Below, one piece after another: positions 36,340 through 50,351 of a stretch of 64,000 nt of DNA; the stretch's first letter is position 1, and every line of letters starts with the position of its first letter. A program made the translations under genes and the position numbers. The stretch spans positions 4,045,061 through 4,109,060 of the forward strand of contig MU058423.1 in assembly GCA_013265495.1 (NCBI GenBank), given 5' to 3'. The DNA is from Vicugna vicugna (lineage: Eukaryota). The notes beneath the pieces were generated by a model, which was given only the letters and a program-made list of their open reading frames with translations, had not been told where the DNA came from and made no database searches.

Positions 36340-37900
36340 AGCCTGAAATGCCCAGCATGTCTAAAAGGCTGCTTAAAATTCAGGTGTTCAAACCTGCTCC
36401 TTCCACAGTCTTGGCGTTGTTTTCCCTATGGAATTTACCACCATCAAACATACTATATATTTTTCTCACTTTGTTTATTCTGTCTCTCCACTCTAATATA
36501 CACTCCTTAAGGGCAAGGAGTTTTGTCTCTCTTTTAAAAAAATTATTATTTCCATATCACCAAGCACCAAGAATAGAGCTTGACCCACATTAGGCCCTTA
36601 AAAATATCTTTTTAATAAATAAATCATGTGGTTCCCAAATATGTGTCAGGCACTGGGCTGATGGCTGTGTACACAGTGGTGAACAAACTAAACAAAGATT
36701 CATGACTTCGTGGATCTTAAAATCTAATGGGCAGGAAATATTAATTAGGCATAGGAGTGAGAAAGAGTAGAAGCATTTGAAGAAGTGGAAATGTTGAATT
36801 AAATCAGAGAGGTGAGTTTGAGAAATGGCATTGGAAGAAAAAAAGCAAGCCATGCTAAGGCCTGGGGTGTTACCCTAACCACAGGCAGCCATCGAAGGCT
36901 TTTAAGCAGTCAAGTGACACGGTCCCCTGTGCATTCCATAAAGTCCTCCTGCTGCAGTGCGAGAATGGACCGGATGAGGTCAAGAGTGGACGCAGGGAGA
37001 TGTGACGAGAGGCGATTGCTGTAGAGCAGTGGAGAGATGGCAGCCACGGCTGGGGCAGTCTGCACCAGGGAAGAGGGCACGGGCCTAGAGATGCTCGGAG
37101 TAGGGTTGGGGGGATCTGCATGGTTAGGGCGTGGAGGGGTCAAAGACGAGCCCGGGCTTCGGTCTCGAGCAGTAGGCAAACACCACCTCCCGGGAGGCCT
37201 GCTGACGTCAGTGGGGCATGGGACGCAGAGTGATGTGGCGGTGAGGGTGAGAATGGAGAGGAGGTCCCGAGTCAGCGTCTGGCACGCCGAGTGTCACATA
37301 CACATACGTGACGTCCCGGTGGTGCTATTCCTGCTTGGGAGCAAGTCTGAGTAGGCACAACAGATTAAAGCCTCATTAGTTTACAGATACACGGTGATCC
37401 ACGTCACTGGGGTGGATGGGGCCGCAAGCAAAGAGTTAGGATGAGTAAGGAAGAAAGTCTGAGACACAAGGCCACCCAGCTCCAATATTTCAAGGCCTGA
37501 GTCACACAGGCAAAAAGCCCACCATGACGTCAGGAGAAAAACATCGCGTCAAGGCAGCCAAGGAAAGGAGAACTATAGAGAGGAGGTACAGTCTGCTGTG
37601 ACAAGCATTACTAAGGCATTCAGCAAGACAGAACTAAGAGCGAACGCTGGAATTGGGAACATGGAGGCCACTGGTGAGGGCAGTTTCAGGGAAGCACGGC
37701 GGCACAGGATACATAAAACCGATGAGAGATGAAGGGAAGGTGCGGAAATGGAAGCAGAGGGGAGATACTTTCCAAGAAATTCAACTGTGAAAGGGAGAAG
37801 CGGGCACAAACAGTGAGGAAAAGCTGCCCAGAGGAGCACGTTATTTTTAAGGCGAATAAGACTTAAGCGGCTGAAATATGTGTGGAGGAGGCAGGGGTCA
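36340..37900. mobile_element. L2 relics tail to tail (plus 36340-36620, minus 36620-37900)
   Basis: CACTCCTTAAGGGCAAGGAGTTTTGTC (plus); ATGTGTCAGGCACTGGGC, GAAGGCTTTTAAGCAG, GAACATGGAGGCCACTGGTGA (minus). Confidence 0.75.
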
Positions 37901-37921
37901 AGGAGTGACTGCATGAACGTT

Positions 37922-38293
37922 TGCAGCCTGAGATATTAGGATCCATAAGAATATTTATTTGGTCACTCAGGTGACTGAAACATCTCTCTCATACATATTG
38001 CAAAATACATTCCTCGTATATATTTTGGTCTTTGTCCACGGTTTCTGGCTCACAGCTCCCAAAACCTCTGGAATTTCTTGAGCAAGAAGAGCAATGGGAG
38101 CAACGTCTGTCCCTGGTTCCTGAAATCTCTTCAGAGACATACAGGTTAAATGGGTGTCATATTATTCATCACAAGCCTCTTCCCACCATAACTTGGTCTA
38201 TGTCAGGGAGGTGAATTTTGGGAAGCACCGAAGGATGGGGTTGGTTGCCAGGGGAGCAACCATGTGATTAGAGGGTTGGAACTGTCAGTCCCC
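37922..38293. mobile_element. MER21-type LTR fragment
   Basis: GGTTTCTGGCTCACAGCTCCCAAAACCTCTGGAATTTC and GGTTGCCAGGGGAGCAACCATGTGATTAGAGGGTTGGAACTGTCAGTCCC. Confidence 0.8.
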
Positions 38294-39109
38294 AGGTGGT
38301 GGCTGCATTTGTGACCTTGGCACATAGTAGATACTCAGCAACTAACTGTTGAGTGAATGAGTGAGTGATGATCGGTCTTAGGTTGGAAAAAGGACCTCTC
38401 TTCTATTGGACAGGATGAGAGAAAGAAAGGATGCGTGCCTGCAGATTTGTGGCAGCCATCTGACAGTGTTCCCTGACGGCCTCTGCTTTCCTTGTGAAGT
38501 GGCAAGTGGAAGCGGGAGTGTGGGCAGGGTTAAGAGTCATAAGGCTGGGGCAGGGAGAAGTCTTGCAGCGATTACTGCGGAGGAAAGAAGAGTGAGAAGG
38601 CTATGGAAACAGAGCAACGTCAATGGGCAGTGTTGAGGACAAGGCTGAGTCTGGTGACCCTGCGTTTAGAGCGGCGCTGACATGCTTGGTTGGAAAATCT
38701 CCTCCATCAGTGATTGGTGGGCCAGATGCAGGTGTGGAGAAGACAGATAGGTGGGGTTTTCCAGACGTTGTGATGACTGGGTAAGCAAGTTGCAGGTATT
38801 GGGAAGAGAGGAGCTGAAAATGTGGCCCGCTGAATCTGAGCTGGACTGGGAGGAGGCAATAACAGAAGAAGGTGGACGGACCGGGGGCTGGTAGAACACC
38901 CCAGGGACTGAAGCCATGGCTGTCCCACCCACGGGGCACAGGTTTGTCTGCTGATCTTATCAGAAGAGTCTGTTCTTTGTCTCATTCCTGATATCCCTGA
39001 AGGTTGGGGGACAGGGTAACTTTCCTCAGACTTGTTGCAATCGTTTGCTGTCTTCCTTCCATCATTTTTCCCTTGATGGGCACAAACTGGAAGTAAGAAC
39101 TGAGGGAAA

Positions 39110-39680
39110 CAGAAAAGTCTAGGATAACTTCTGGGTTTGTATGTTATGATGGTTAGAGGCAGGTGTCTGGGTGACAGGGAACATAGTGGGACAGGGCTGT
39201 GGGTGGGGGTAATGAATTCCATCTTTTAACATATTGAGCTCATGAGACACTGAGAAGGAGACGATCAGTAAACAGTTGGATCTATGGCTCTGAAGGACAA
39301 CCTACTAGCTGGGGAGACAGCTGTGTATTGAAGATAGATATTTACAAATTATCCATCTGTAGGCGGTGATTGTAACCAAGAAAAAGAATGTGTAGAGTGA
39401 GCAGAGAGATGGGACCAGGGCATGCTGTCAGGAATACCTGCCTTTATGGGGCAGGTTGAAAAATGTCCAGCCACGAAGACTGAAAAGAAGGTGAGAGGAG
39501 ACTGAGAATGGTGTTGCAGGGACCAAGGGAGGAGAGTTTTGAGAACAAGGGAAGAGTCAACAGGGCCAGTGCTGCAGTGGATCAGGTAACGTGAGACTGA
39601 AGGGAGGCCACTGAGCACCTCCATGAGGGTCCCAGAGCCACGGGGACTCAGCCTCCGAGGGTACACTGGGTGGAAACAGT
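39110..39680 (-). mobile_element. L2 relic
   Basis: CAGTAAACAGTTGGATCTATGGCTCTGAAG; GAATGGTGTTGCAGGGACCAAGGGAGGAGAGTTT. Confidence 0.7.
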
Positions 39681-40567
39681 GGGAAATGTTGTCTGAATTC
39701 TGCCCCGAGGCTCGAGGCTCCCTTCATTTGTCATAAGTCACGTGAGGAGGTTGGACTAGATGACTAAGTTCCTCCTGGTTCTAAAATCGTGATTCCCAGA
39801 GCTTTCACAGGAATAAAAACCAATGACAACAAAAAACTGACCTCCCCTGGGGAATGTTTTAAGGCTGGCTCACTAAGGCAGCCATCTAAGCAGCCTAAAG
39901 TAAAGCAGTCTTGATCTCACCAAGAGCCTTTGCTGTAAATCAAGGGAGAATGAACACACCGGCCGGATGGAGGAGTGGGCTGGACCCCCGCCCCCGTGTG
40001 CCGCCTTCTGCCCACTGCAAACCTGGAAGCACTAGACGCCCAGGGGGCTTTTAAACCCTTGCCCACCGTCAGAAGGAGCTGCCATGCAGAGCACTGAGCT
40101 GCTGTGTGAGGCTGGGTGACTGCTTGTCCACAGATTTGTCGGAAAAATTCAGGCCATTGGTGGCAGCTGGACTAGATGACCTTGTGGTTATTTTCAATGC
40201 AGTGATTCTTGCATCCTCTGAGGGAGGCCTCATTCCTGTTACTAATTTTGTCATGTTTCCCATGGGGATTCTGTTGCAAAAGACTTCTGCCCTGATTTCC
40301 ACTTAGGGGGTCACTTGGCTGGCTTCCCTTCTCTGCCTACAGTTCCTTCTCTTTAATACGAGGAGAGGCAAGGCCCCTGACCTTGATGCGCCCCTCACAG
40401 CTCCTCCTTGGACCCTCTCCTTCGTGAGGGAGAAGCTTCACCATGTGGGGCTTTGACTGCGTGGCTTGAAGTCAGGGACTCGGCGGAGCTCTGAGAGTCG
40501 GGGGCAGAGGGAGGATCCAGGTCTGGCTTGACAGAAGCTGGGGGCTGTGCCACCCACAGAGGAGGCC

Positions 40568-40953
40568 TGTACTTGCCCAGCTTTAAGACCGAAGAAAGAG
40601 CCCAGAGTCAGCAGCCGAGACATCACTGGTTTAATGGATGGGGGAGCTTACACGTCTGAAGCGAGGTCCTGGGGCGACTCCCCACCGTGTGCGGCAGACA
40701 GCGGGCGAGACAGGGCAGCAGTCTTCGCTCCTGGGGACAGAGGGAGGTTAGCAGTTATGGGGGAATTGACACCAAGTTGGCCATTTGTTACCATGAAAAC
40801 CACCGGAGGGGCACGCCCCTCACCGCCCCTTCAGTAACAACAGTCAGTTGGTGGGGCCTGGAGCAAGTATGCAGGAAGGTCAGTCACAGGAGTTGGGTAC
40901 AGCTGAAGCAGGCACTGGGGATGTGCAGGGACCTCGGGTGACCTGACCACACA
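40568..40953 (-). mobile_element. ERV solo LTR (family not assigned)
   Basis: Starts with TG; GAGCCCAGAGTCAGCAGCCGAGACATCACTGGTTTAATGG (minus-strand ATTAAA), TTATGGGGGAATTGAC, GGGCACGCCCCTCACCGCCCCT. No clean TSD found. Confidence 0.55.
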
Positions 40954-41589
40954 GTCTCCCACCACACTCTGCCTTCACCCACTTCAGCACCCACAAGAGG
41001 TAACGTGGTAAGAGCTGAGGTCGTGGGGGCTGTGTGCAGAGTGAAGGATGCTCCACACTCCATCCTCAGCGTCCCCTATCCTCAACAGCCTCCACCCTCA
41101 ACATCCTCCATGCTCAGCATCCTCCACCCTTTCCATACAGTCTACTTCCTGCACATGGGGTTTAGCTCTTGGCCTCCACCATGATGACAGAGCAGATTCC
41201 AGGAACAGAGGTGACATACAAGACGAGCCTCCCTTTGGGGCCCTTAAAGCGCTGGATAGTCACTCAGTTGTGTCAGAGCAGGCAGATAGCCAGATATGAG
41301 GAGAGAAAGGGAGGCACGGCCCAAATGGCAGGAGACCATACATCTTGTAAACAACAGGAGTCCTTGGGCCTGGCGCTTGGGACCGACCATTTGGTAAGTA
41401 GACAGCAGTGGGCAGTGTCAGGATGGAAGCGGAGCTGGGGCAGGAGCAGCTCCAGGCTTTGGAGCTGGTGGCCCCTCGTAATGGGATTGCTCGGGTGTGT
41501 GGCTGCCTTGACTGCCTGCGTCAGCACGGACCTTGCTCTAAATGGCATGTGTGCTTTCCTTATTACACGCATGCTGCATTTGCTTACAT

Positions 41590-41920
41590 GAAGCTTTTAT
41601 AAATGTCTCTGCTCCAGCGCCACCTTCCCATAGACGCCTTCCCGGACTCGCCTGCCTGAAATAGCTTCCCTGTTACTCCCCACGCCCTCACATCGCTTTA
41701 GTGTTTGTTACTGAGCTGGCACCACTCCCCATGACATTATATCTGTTTCTTTACTTATTTATGGTCTGGCTCTGCCACCAGCACAGCAGGACCCTGAGAC
41801 CAGGGACTCTGCCTGCTTTGTTCGCTTTGCACCCTCAGTGCCTGAAATGGTGCCTGACACTCAGAGCAGATGCTCGAAAAACACCTGTTGATTAAGCAAA
41901 ATAACTCATGAATGAACCAC
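41590..41920 (+). mobile_element. L2a 3' end
   Basis: GAGACCAGGGACTCTGCCTGCTTTGTTCGCT...CCTCAGTGCCTGAAATGGTGCCTGACAC...ATGAATGAA. Confidence 0.85.
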
Positions 41921-42147
41921 ACAAACGGTTTCTAAATTACAGCTGTGAAAACTGCCCCCAAGGAGAAGCTGCGGAGTGCTGTGAGAGCACGTCACCAAGG
42001 CTGGGTGCGGGTATCAGCTATAAACCGGGGGTCCGGTAGGGGCTCTTCTGTCGGGCCAGATGGCTCAACAAGCAGGTCGGTGGCTGTGGGACTTCGCCTC
42101 TGTGGCAGAGATACTGGAGCTACTTGGGTCCCTGCCATACTTGGTCT

Positions 42148-42376
42148 CTTGAGCTGCACCGTCTAAAGCGTTAGCTACCAGCGGGCCATGTGTGCCTACT
42201 TAACTTTCAAATTAAATAAAATTTAGAATTCACTTTCCCAGTCCCATGTGTCACTTGTGACTAGCCACATTTCAAGTGCTCAGCAGCCACGTGTGCCTAG
42301 TGGCTACCACCCTGGGCAGCACGCTGGAGGCTATTTCCATCACTGTAGGCACTTCTGTGGGGCAGTGCTGGACTAG
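42148..42376. mobile_element. MER3-like hAT-Charlie MITE
   Basis: AAATTAAATAAAATTTAGAATTCA...CTAGCCACATTTCAAGTGCTCAGCAGCCACGTGTGCCTAGTGGCTACC...TATTTCCATCACTGTAG. Confidence 0.8.
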
Positions 42377-44099
42377 TGTTTCCAGCCAGCAAGCCAGTAG
42401 GTATGGCGTGAGCTAACTGCCACATCTGGCATCTGTCTCCATTCCTATTAGCAGTTCCAAAGATAGGAAGGCAGAGAGAAACAAGAGACCTGGTTACCAG
42501 TGACCCCCAGGGGATCACATTACATGTTTTGTAAACTTGCTTTCCTCTGAATCACAAACCAATCAACCTCTCCCTTATTGTGTCTCCGCTCCACCCCCCC
42601 CCAACTCTAAGAAACAGCTCTTACCTTAGGCACAGAAACAGAATCCAACACATGAATGCTCTTATTCGCACTGTCACATTTCCTACTGGAAGGAGAAGGA
42701 TGAGAAGCTCTGACACTGTCTGCAGGGGAGGAACAAAGGGAGAGCTCACTCAGACTTCAGACGGAGGCATGTCTGTAACCAGCGACACCACTGCCGAGGA
42801 GCCAGGAGGCCAGGTGCGCTGCTCCCGTCTCAGGTTAAAGCACAAGATCATCGTCAGGAGAAAATTACAGGAGGAGCAGGGCCCTTAAGCCCCCAGAGCA
42901 AGGTGGCTGCGACGGCTCAGAAGCCCGCACTTGCCAAGCAGGCCGTTTCATCATTCTTCCTATCTCTGTTTATCCCTCCTCTGTGCTCCTTTTGTACTTC
43001 AATTCTTTTGACAGGCCCAGCCAGGCTTAGCTGTGCTAAGGACAGCCAGAGACAGAAGATTTTGTCCCCACTTGTGCTGGAGCGTTCGAGGGGGTGCAGC
43101 CATTTGCGGTGGCAGGCGGGTGGCAGAGGAGTTTTCTGTGAGCCGGTCCCGGGGTGGAAGCAAACCCTGGTAGACAATATTGGATCCACTTGGTGAATTA
43201 TTTCTTCCCGCCTGGACCTTCATCTTCTAGGGCAAAAACCTTGGCTGATTTAATAAGGGAAGTGTTAAGAGCAACAGGATGTGAGGCTGAAGTCTCGGAG
43301 GACGCAACCCCCGTGCTGCAGCCAACCCCACCCCCGGCGGTGCGTGGAAATCACACGGGTGCGTGTCGTGTGGGACCTGGTGTGTGGCCAGAAATGAAGA
43401 CAATTCAAAGGTGAAATTACTAATACACACATGAATTATTTGTCATCTCCCACTTGTTAGAGAAACACAAACACTCCTTGTGAGATTCTATGTGAATGTT
43501 ATTCCTTGAATAAGTGCAGGATAGATTTCTCCTAGCAGCTCAACACCCAGGCATACTGCTGACTATGTGTGAATATGCTCATTTCCAAGGATCAATTACA
43601 AGCGATGAATTCTCTGTGTGTAATAGCCTTTGTCAGAGCCGATGTCTCACACACCTCTTAACTAGACAGCCCTCCCGGTGTCACTCCAATGACCAAGGAG
43701 CAAATAGGAAAAATGAACCATCAATCAATTTAATGCTAGCCTTTTCTTTCGCACGAAAACCTCCACTCTGCTGATGATGACTGACATAAAAACTAAATCC
43801 ACCTGCTTTATCACTCCTCTCCCGAAGGACGAGTCCGAGAAGTAGGGAAGAGAAGGAAATATGTAGGGTTAGCCTCACCTTTAGTCACTGATCTGCTCTT
43901 GGGCTAACTATCTATCCATCTGGGCAGGGGGTGGGGAATCAACTGTCAAAATATTCTTCTTGAAGTTTAGTGCACACTGAGCATCAAATGTGGAGGTGTG
44001 AATCATAGGGAGATCTCTGGGAGTAGGATTCTGGGAATATCCTGTTTAACGTGATGGAAAACATCTTAAAATGGGGTCTGAAAATATGGTTATGCCATT

Positions 44100-45110
44100 C
44101 CCCCATTTATTCATTCATTGAGCAAATACATATTGAGTTCCTATTATGTTTCAAATGCATGCTGGACACTGAGGACACAGTGGTGACCAAGACAAAAACC
44201 ATTCTTGCCTTCATGGAGCTAAAATCTGGGGGCGAAGACAGATGTTTAATAACTAAACGAGTGAGGTAAGTGTTACTGGAGGAGAGGCATGGAGTGTTGT
44301 GAGAGCGTGTCGCTCCACTGTGACAGTCCGTGGTGGGGCAGTGACTGACGCCAGGGCCCTTTCTGAGGAAGGGACACTAAATATGCGATTCCAAGGGTGA
44401 GCGGGATTTAGGGAGTGGAGGTAAAGAGAGACAGGCACCTATGTAAGCCCCAGGGCAAGACAGAGTGAGGGGCATTTGAGGAACAGAAGTAAGACAGGAA
44501 TGGCTGATGCAGAGAGAACAGGGCCAAGCGTGACTCATAATGAAACTGGACAGACTGGAAAGGGTCCGATCCCACACAGCCCTGTAATCAGCATGAGGAG
44601 GTTAAAATTGTGCAAAGGGAAATGGGGAAACAAAACACTCTAAGCGCAGGCACGAAATGCTTCAGAAACACCTGCCTGTGCGCAACCAGAGTGATTCCAG
44701 GGGTGTAAGACCAGAGGCGTGGGGTCCAGTTGGATGGCTGTGCAGTGGTTCAGGTAGGGGACAATGGGGGTTTGGACCAGACTGGGAGAACGTGGGTATT
44801 TGGGAAAGTGGTGAGGCTCAAGAGATTCCCAGGAAACAGGACCCACAGCACTTAGGGACTGATTAGGCGGAGGGAGAAGTGAGGGAAAGAAGGAATCAAG
44901 GATGACTCTCGGGTTTCTGGCTTAAGCCGTGGGGTGATGCTCCTCACGGAGCCAGGGTACCCCAAGGACGGGCAGGAGAGGGGAGTGGGGAAGCATATGC
45001 CAAGTGCAGTGTGGGAGTGTTGAATTTAAAATGCTTACAGAACATCCAAGTGGAGATGCCCAGCGGACACCCTGACACACGGTTCTGGTGCTCAACAGGA
45101 ATGAGGCTGG
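44100..45110 (-). mobile_element. L2 relic
   Basis: ATTTATTCATTCATTGAGCAAATACATATTGAG tail; GAATCAAGGATGACTCTCGGGTTTCTGGCTT; ACATCCAAGTGGAGATG. Confidence 0.85.
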
Positions 45111-47009
45111 GTAACTATTCCACGTGTATCTCCTTTTCTTGACTCATTTAGACAAAGGAACATAGATAATCCCCTGGAAAATCAGTTATAAAAATGAAGG
45201 TTAGAAGGTATCCCTTGCCTCTAAATTCAACCTCTGAAGTCATCCCAAATACATTACCCAGAGGAAGAGAAAAGTCGTGTGCATTAAATTCTGGTTTATA
45301 ATAGCAAAAAACTGGAAAAGAGTTCAGACAACAGAAGGGGCTAGTTAAATAAATTATAGTATACCAGCAAAATAGAATATCGAGCAGCTACTAAAAACAG
45401 TAATTATGGGTATTTTATAGCAGCTTAGAAAATGCTTTGTCATTTAAAGCAAAATAAGATTTAAGTCTATTTATGCTATGATTCTAATTTTGTAAAATGG
45501 GATCATACATGAACTTGAATAAAGAGAGGTGACTTGCTAAATGGTGGAATTCTGGTGGGTTTTTTTTGTTGTTAAAATGTTGTTTGTGAACTAAGCATGT
45601 AAACAAGTTAGATAAACATGGTTTTGTTCTTTCATTTTTGTTTCTGAAGCAAATGAGTTTCCATCTTAGATAACCGTGGGTGCCGTCTTGCTGAGCTGGG
45701 GGACTTGCAGTTGTGTATGGCTCAGTGGACGCTGTCGGCAGGGATCTCATCTCCCAGGTCAGCCCACAATTACTCAGAGTTTCATTTCCGAGCACGTCGT
45801 AGCTTCTCTACTAAAAAAGTCAGAGATCCTTGGAGCACACGAGTCTCCACCGGGTTCCCATGGCCTCAGTTCTTTAAGCTCAGATCCTTTTTCTTCCCAC
45901 TGGCTCCCCAATCTCTGGAGACTGGGGAACTGAACACATGATTGAGCTCTTCTCATTCTTTTCCTCTGTTCCTGACTTGCCTCAGGAACCTAGTAAGAAT
46001 TCATGGCCAAGTGTTTGAGGCAGTCTCTCCTCTGTTCTGTTCAATGTTTCCATCATCTCCATTTCATCCAAGTCTCCTTGGTGAACATTTGCAAATGATC
46101 ATAACGATGAAGGGCCAGTGGTTTCCAAAGATGAGGTGCCCTGTGGATCCTGGGTGCCCCCATTGCCATTCTCAGCCCTTCAGTTATGCCCCTGGCAACC
46201 CACAGGGGGACAGGAGGGGTTCTGCTCGCAGGGGAATCCTGGGTGCTGACAGTGCCAGCAACAGCTGAGCCAACACGCAAACCTCCTGGGTCAGATGTCA
46301 TCCTGAAACAGGCTGTGAGCAAGCTTGCCGTACCGGTAGGACCCTCTGTTTTACAAAAAAGGAGAAACTGTGCCTGGGAACTAGGATAGAAAAGGAACTC
46401 CAGTGGCAAAGTACAGTGAGGACAGATTTTGAAATAAGCCGGGCTACGTGGCAAAGATATCAATGCCAATGAAATAATGGAACATAAACCCTCAGAGGTA
46501 AAAGAGCTTTTTTTCATTCTGGGAGGAAAAAACAAAACCAAGCAAAAATGGATTTAAAATGTCCTTGTCTTATGTTTATGACAAATGGAGAATTAAGCAG
46601 ACTGGCTGGTTAGGCTGGCATGAAAGCTGAAAATGGCTGAATATTCAGATGCACCCTTTCTTCCCTAGGGCAGTCACAGGAAGGGGCAGTGAATGCCACA
46701 GCGTGGGGGTCAGGGTGGGGGATGGCCAGTGACAGGAGGGGCTCAACAATGGAGCCCGGCATGGCACGGTGTGTGCTTCGAGCAGAATACCTGTTCCAAC
46801 TCCTCTCTTCCCCAGGCAGGGGGAGATTTCATGTCTCTCTGGGATGCGATGTTCCATGGGAGATGGTCAAAGTGATACCTGAAGTTGGGAGAGCCTTGTG
46901 TCTGTAAGGCATGACTGCACTGCCCTCACATAATAGCTGCCGAGGTACACGAGTTACAGTTGGCAAAGGGATGGCTCAGTGTTTTTACAAATGCCCCTAG
47001 TCTTGTTAC

Positions 47010-47660
47010 GGTTTTAACTTTCTATCTGGAAATCATTTGAGACTTACCGAACAGATGCAAAGATGGTATAGAGAGTTCCCATATACCTTTCCCCTAAAGT
47101 TAACACCTGACACAGCCGTTTTTCAAAACACAGAAATTCACATCAGTGCAGATTTCATGCACATTTCACCAGTTTCCACTAACGTCCCCTTCCTCTTCCA
47201 GGATCCAGTTTCAGAGGCACTGCATTCAGGTGTCTGGTCTTTTCCAGTCTGTGATTTTGTCTCAGTCTCTCCTTGTTTTTTTACAACCTTGATACTTTTG
47301 AAGAGTGCTGGTCAGGTGTTTTGTGGAATGTCCCTCAATGTGTGTTTGATGTTTTATCATAATTAAACCGGGGTTATGGATTTCAGGAAGAAGCCACTGA
47401 GGTGCCGAGAGCTTCATGTCACATGGCGTCACCGTGACATCCCTAGGGATGCTCACCTTGACTTGGTTACGGTGCTACCTGCCAGGTCTCTCCATCGTAC
47501 AGTTAGTGTTCCTCCCCCTGCCTACTTCACTCCTTTGAAGAGAGATGTTATCTCCAGCCCACACTTGGGGGAGGGAAGGGGTATTAGAGAATTTGTGGAC
47601 ATATGCTAAAACCACCACAGAAATTAATAAATATTTGGAGGGAGTTACTCTGAAACCAAG
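47010..47660 (-). mobile_element. L1MC4/5-type 3' end
   Basis: GATGCAAAGATGGTATAGAGAGTTCCCATATACC...CCTTGATACTTTTGAAGAGTGCTGGTCAGG...GAATTTGTGGACATATG. Confidence 0.78.
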
Positions 47661-50251
47661 TAGTTTTATTATTTTAAGTTAAATTTACTTTTTTTTTCTG
47701 ATCACAAAAGTGGTAAAGCAGAAAACCTTAAATCTCACCTATCTCACAAAAACCCAAATCTAAACCAATCACTCTGTGTTTACTATTTTTAACTAATTTC
47801 TTAAATTTAGGATATTGTGAACATACTTAAATGCAAAGTTATATTTGGGAAGGCTATAGGGTATGATATGACTTTTGACTCCTTCATTGTCTGGCCCCTA
47901 CCAAGAATGGGTGCTTAAGGCCAATACCATTATCTGAGGTTTAAAAATATACGGGTTTCTAATTAAGAGCCTTCTAACAGGGCAAACAAAACCGAGACTG
48001 AGGTTGTATGTGCTGAGATGGGTCGGGCGCAATGAGCAGTCCAAGTACAGCAGCCTCGCTCTCACCTGCCGACCTCTGAGGCAGAGACCAAAGCCGTAAG
48101 TCTTCCACCATGAGAACCGAAACATTTAGACAGTCCAGAATGCCAGCTTAAATCTCATTTCAAAGTGTTTAATTTCCACGGACTGAAAAAAAAATCCAAA
48201 CGCTTTCCTGATCATTTTAGGAGTGAGTCTACCCCTGGTGCGTGGGGGCAGCCCAGCTGGGAACAATTAGGACTCAATTCATCAACACCATATCTTTGAA
48301 AACAAATCATAATTCAAATCTTTTTTTTCTAATATCAAGAGTGTCCCAGCAATATTATAGTGAAAGATGTAGGAAAAAATTAGATGGCATAGAAGTTATA
48401 AGCACTTTATCAAATTTACACTGAATGTCCATCAGTTCCAAGAGACGCCTAGAGTTCAGTTGCCATCACCATGGGGAGTACAAATAATGAAAACCTGTGA
48501 GCGGCACGGGTGTCCTTCCACTGTCTCCCTTTGCTTTTCTTAAGTAAACTGACCGGCTCGTTATCTGTACTGAGGGTCAGGGAAAATACATAGACAGTAT
48601 TGCGACCTCGAGGAGACCTGTTTTCTTTCACTGTTGCTGCATATTGACTGACAGGGATTTGGCTCCACTCTCTTTCCCTCCCTCCCTCCCTCTTTCCTCC
48701 TAAGAAAACAATACTTTTGTTGTTGAAGTGGCTGGTGGGCAACTAAGTAAAATAACTCTCTGTGTTTGGAATTGACATTGTGTTGACTTTGATGTTGGTG
48801 CTAAGCAAGGCAGGGACGAAGTCAGACTCCTGCCACATTGAAACAAACAAACAAACAAACAAAAAGCACAGGCCATTTCCCTTGTCCACAAGCCTTGGCG
48901 AGGAGGCGCTTCTGGGTAATCGCCACCAGGAACCACGGAAGTGGCATCTGAGCGGTGGCTGCAGTACCACCCCGGAGGGCTTGTAACGGACACTTCTGAG
49001 TTTGCAGGCCTGGCCTGGGACCCCAGAAACTGCACCTCTAACACGTCTCTGCACTGTGCTGGTGCCAGGGGCCCGGGGTCACAGTCTGATCACGGCCTTT
49101 ACAGACCGAGCTATTTGGATCGATTATTGTCGACACTGGCTGCCTTGCTGACTACGTGGATGTGAGGAACTAATAATGCAACACCAGGACAAAGTCAGAT
49201 CCAGCCTGCCTTGGTACAGTTTCATTCTAATTAACATCTGCTCTCTCTAGGGCTCTCTGAAAAAAATCTTTTGATGTTCATATTTGTAACCTGCCCCTAC
49301 CCCCAAAACGAGCATCATGCAAAGTTCATGCAGTTGCCAAACGTTTCATGTGTGAAGACAAAAGATTTTCCTTCTTTCTCCGATTTGAGCAATGCTTTAT
49401 TTTGTCTTTAATGTGGCTCGAGCAGGTGTTTCTTTCTCTGTGACATCTGGCAGGCTGCACTGGCTCAGATTTTCCGATCTTTTCTCACCCTTTCCTTTCA
49501 GAATATGAGGTCATAGGGCTTGGGGCTTGCTTTGTGTTCTGGGGAATCTCTGACAATTTGAACTGTAGCTCCTCTAGTCTCAGATGAAAACCTGTGGCCT
49601 CTGGAAGTCACAAAGTCCATGAAAGAATTTTGGATATACTCTCAGCCCTTGGCATTCTTAGTTCCAAGCTCCAAGACTTAACCAACTCTCAGACTTGAGC
49701 ATTCCAGATACAGCCTGCCCCTCCTGATTCTTACCTCAGTGAGGCGCGCTGGAGACGGGCTTCAGGAAAACAAGCCAGAAGAACAACAAAAACACCTGAA
49801 GCAGCAGCACAAAGGGCTCAGCAGGGACTGGAAGTGAGGGCCAAAGAGGCTTTCTGGAACGCATCGCTGGTGCCTAGCAAAGAGGGGGAACAACAGCGTG
49901 AGACGCTGAGTGATCCCTTGCTTGCTGGATGATCGCTTCTTGGGAGGGAGATGCAAACAGAAACTTGAAGTGGACAAGGCTGTTGTTATGCTGACATTTT
50001 AGTGCATAAGCAAAAACGGTGCTCATTTTGGCCACAGAAACAGCTGGGATGGAGCCAAGGGCAGGGTTCGCTGTGGGCCTGGGCCAGGTAGTGTCCAGTG
50101 TAAATGATCAGACGTGTAAAACTGAGTCTGGCAGTTGGAAAAACAAGTAAGAACAAGACTGTGGTTAGGGACTCCTGACTGAAGCAGACAGGTGAGGGTG
50201 GGGAGAGGATAACATTATTGAGCTCTCTCCATGCATTTGCTTGGGTTAAGA

Positions 50252-50274
50252 GTGTGTGTGTGTGTGTGTGTGTG
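50252..50274 (+). repeat. (GT)11 microsatellite
   Basis: Seen directly. Confidence 0.92.
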
Positions 50275-50351
50275 AGATCATGGGTGGAGGAAGGCGAGGA
50301 GGGGTGGGATAGGGTGGGCAGCCATATCAGAGAATGAAGCAAGCAAAGGTG

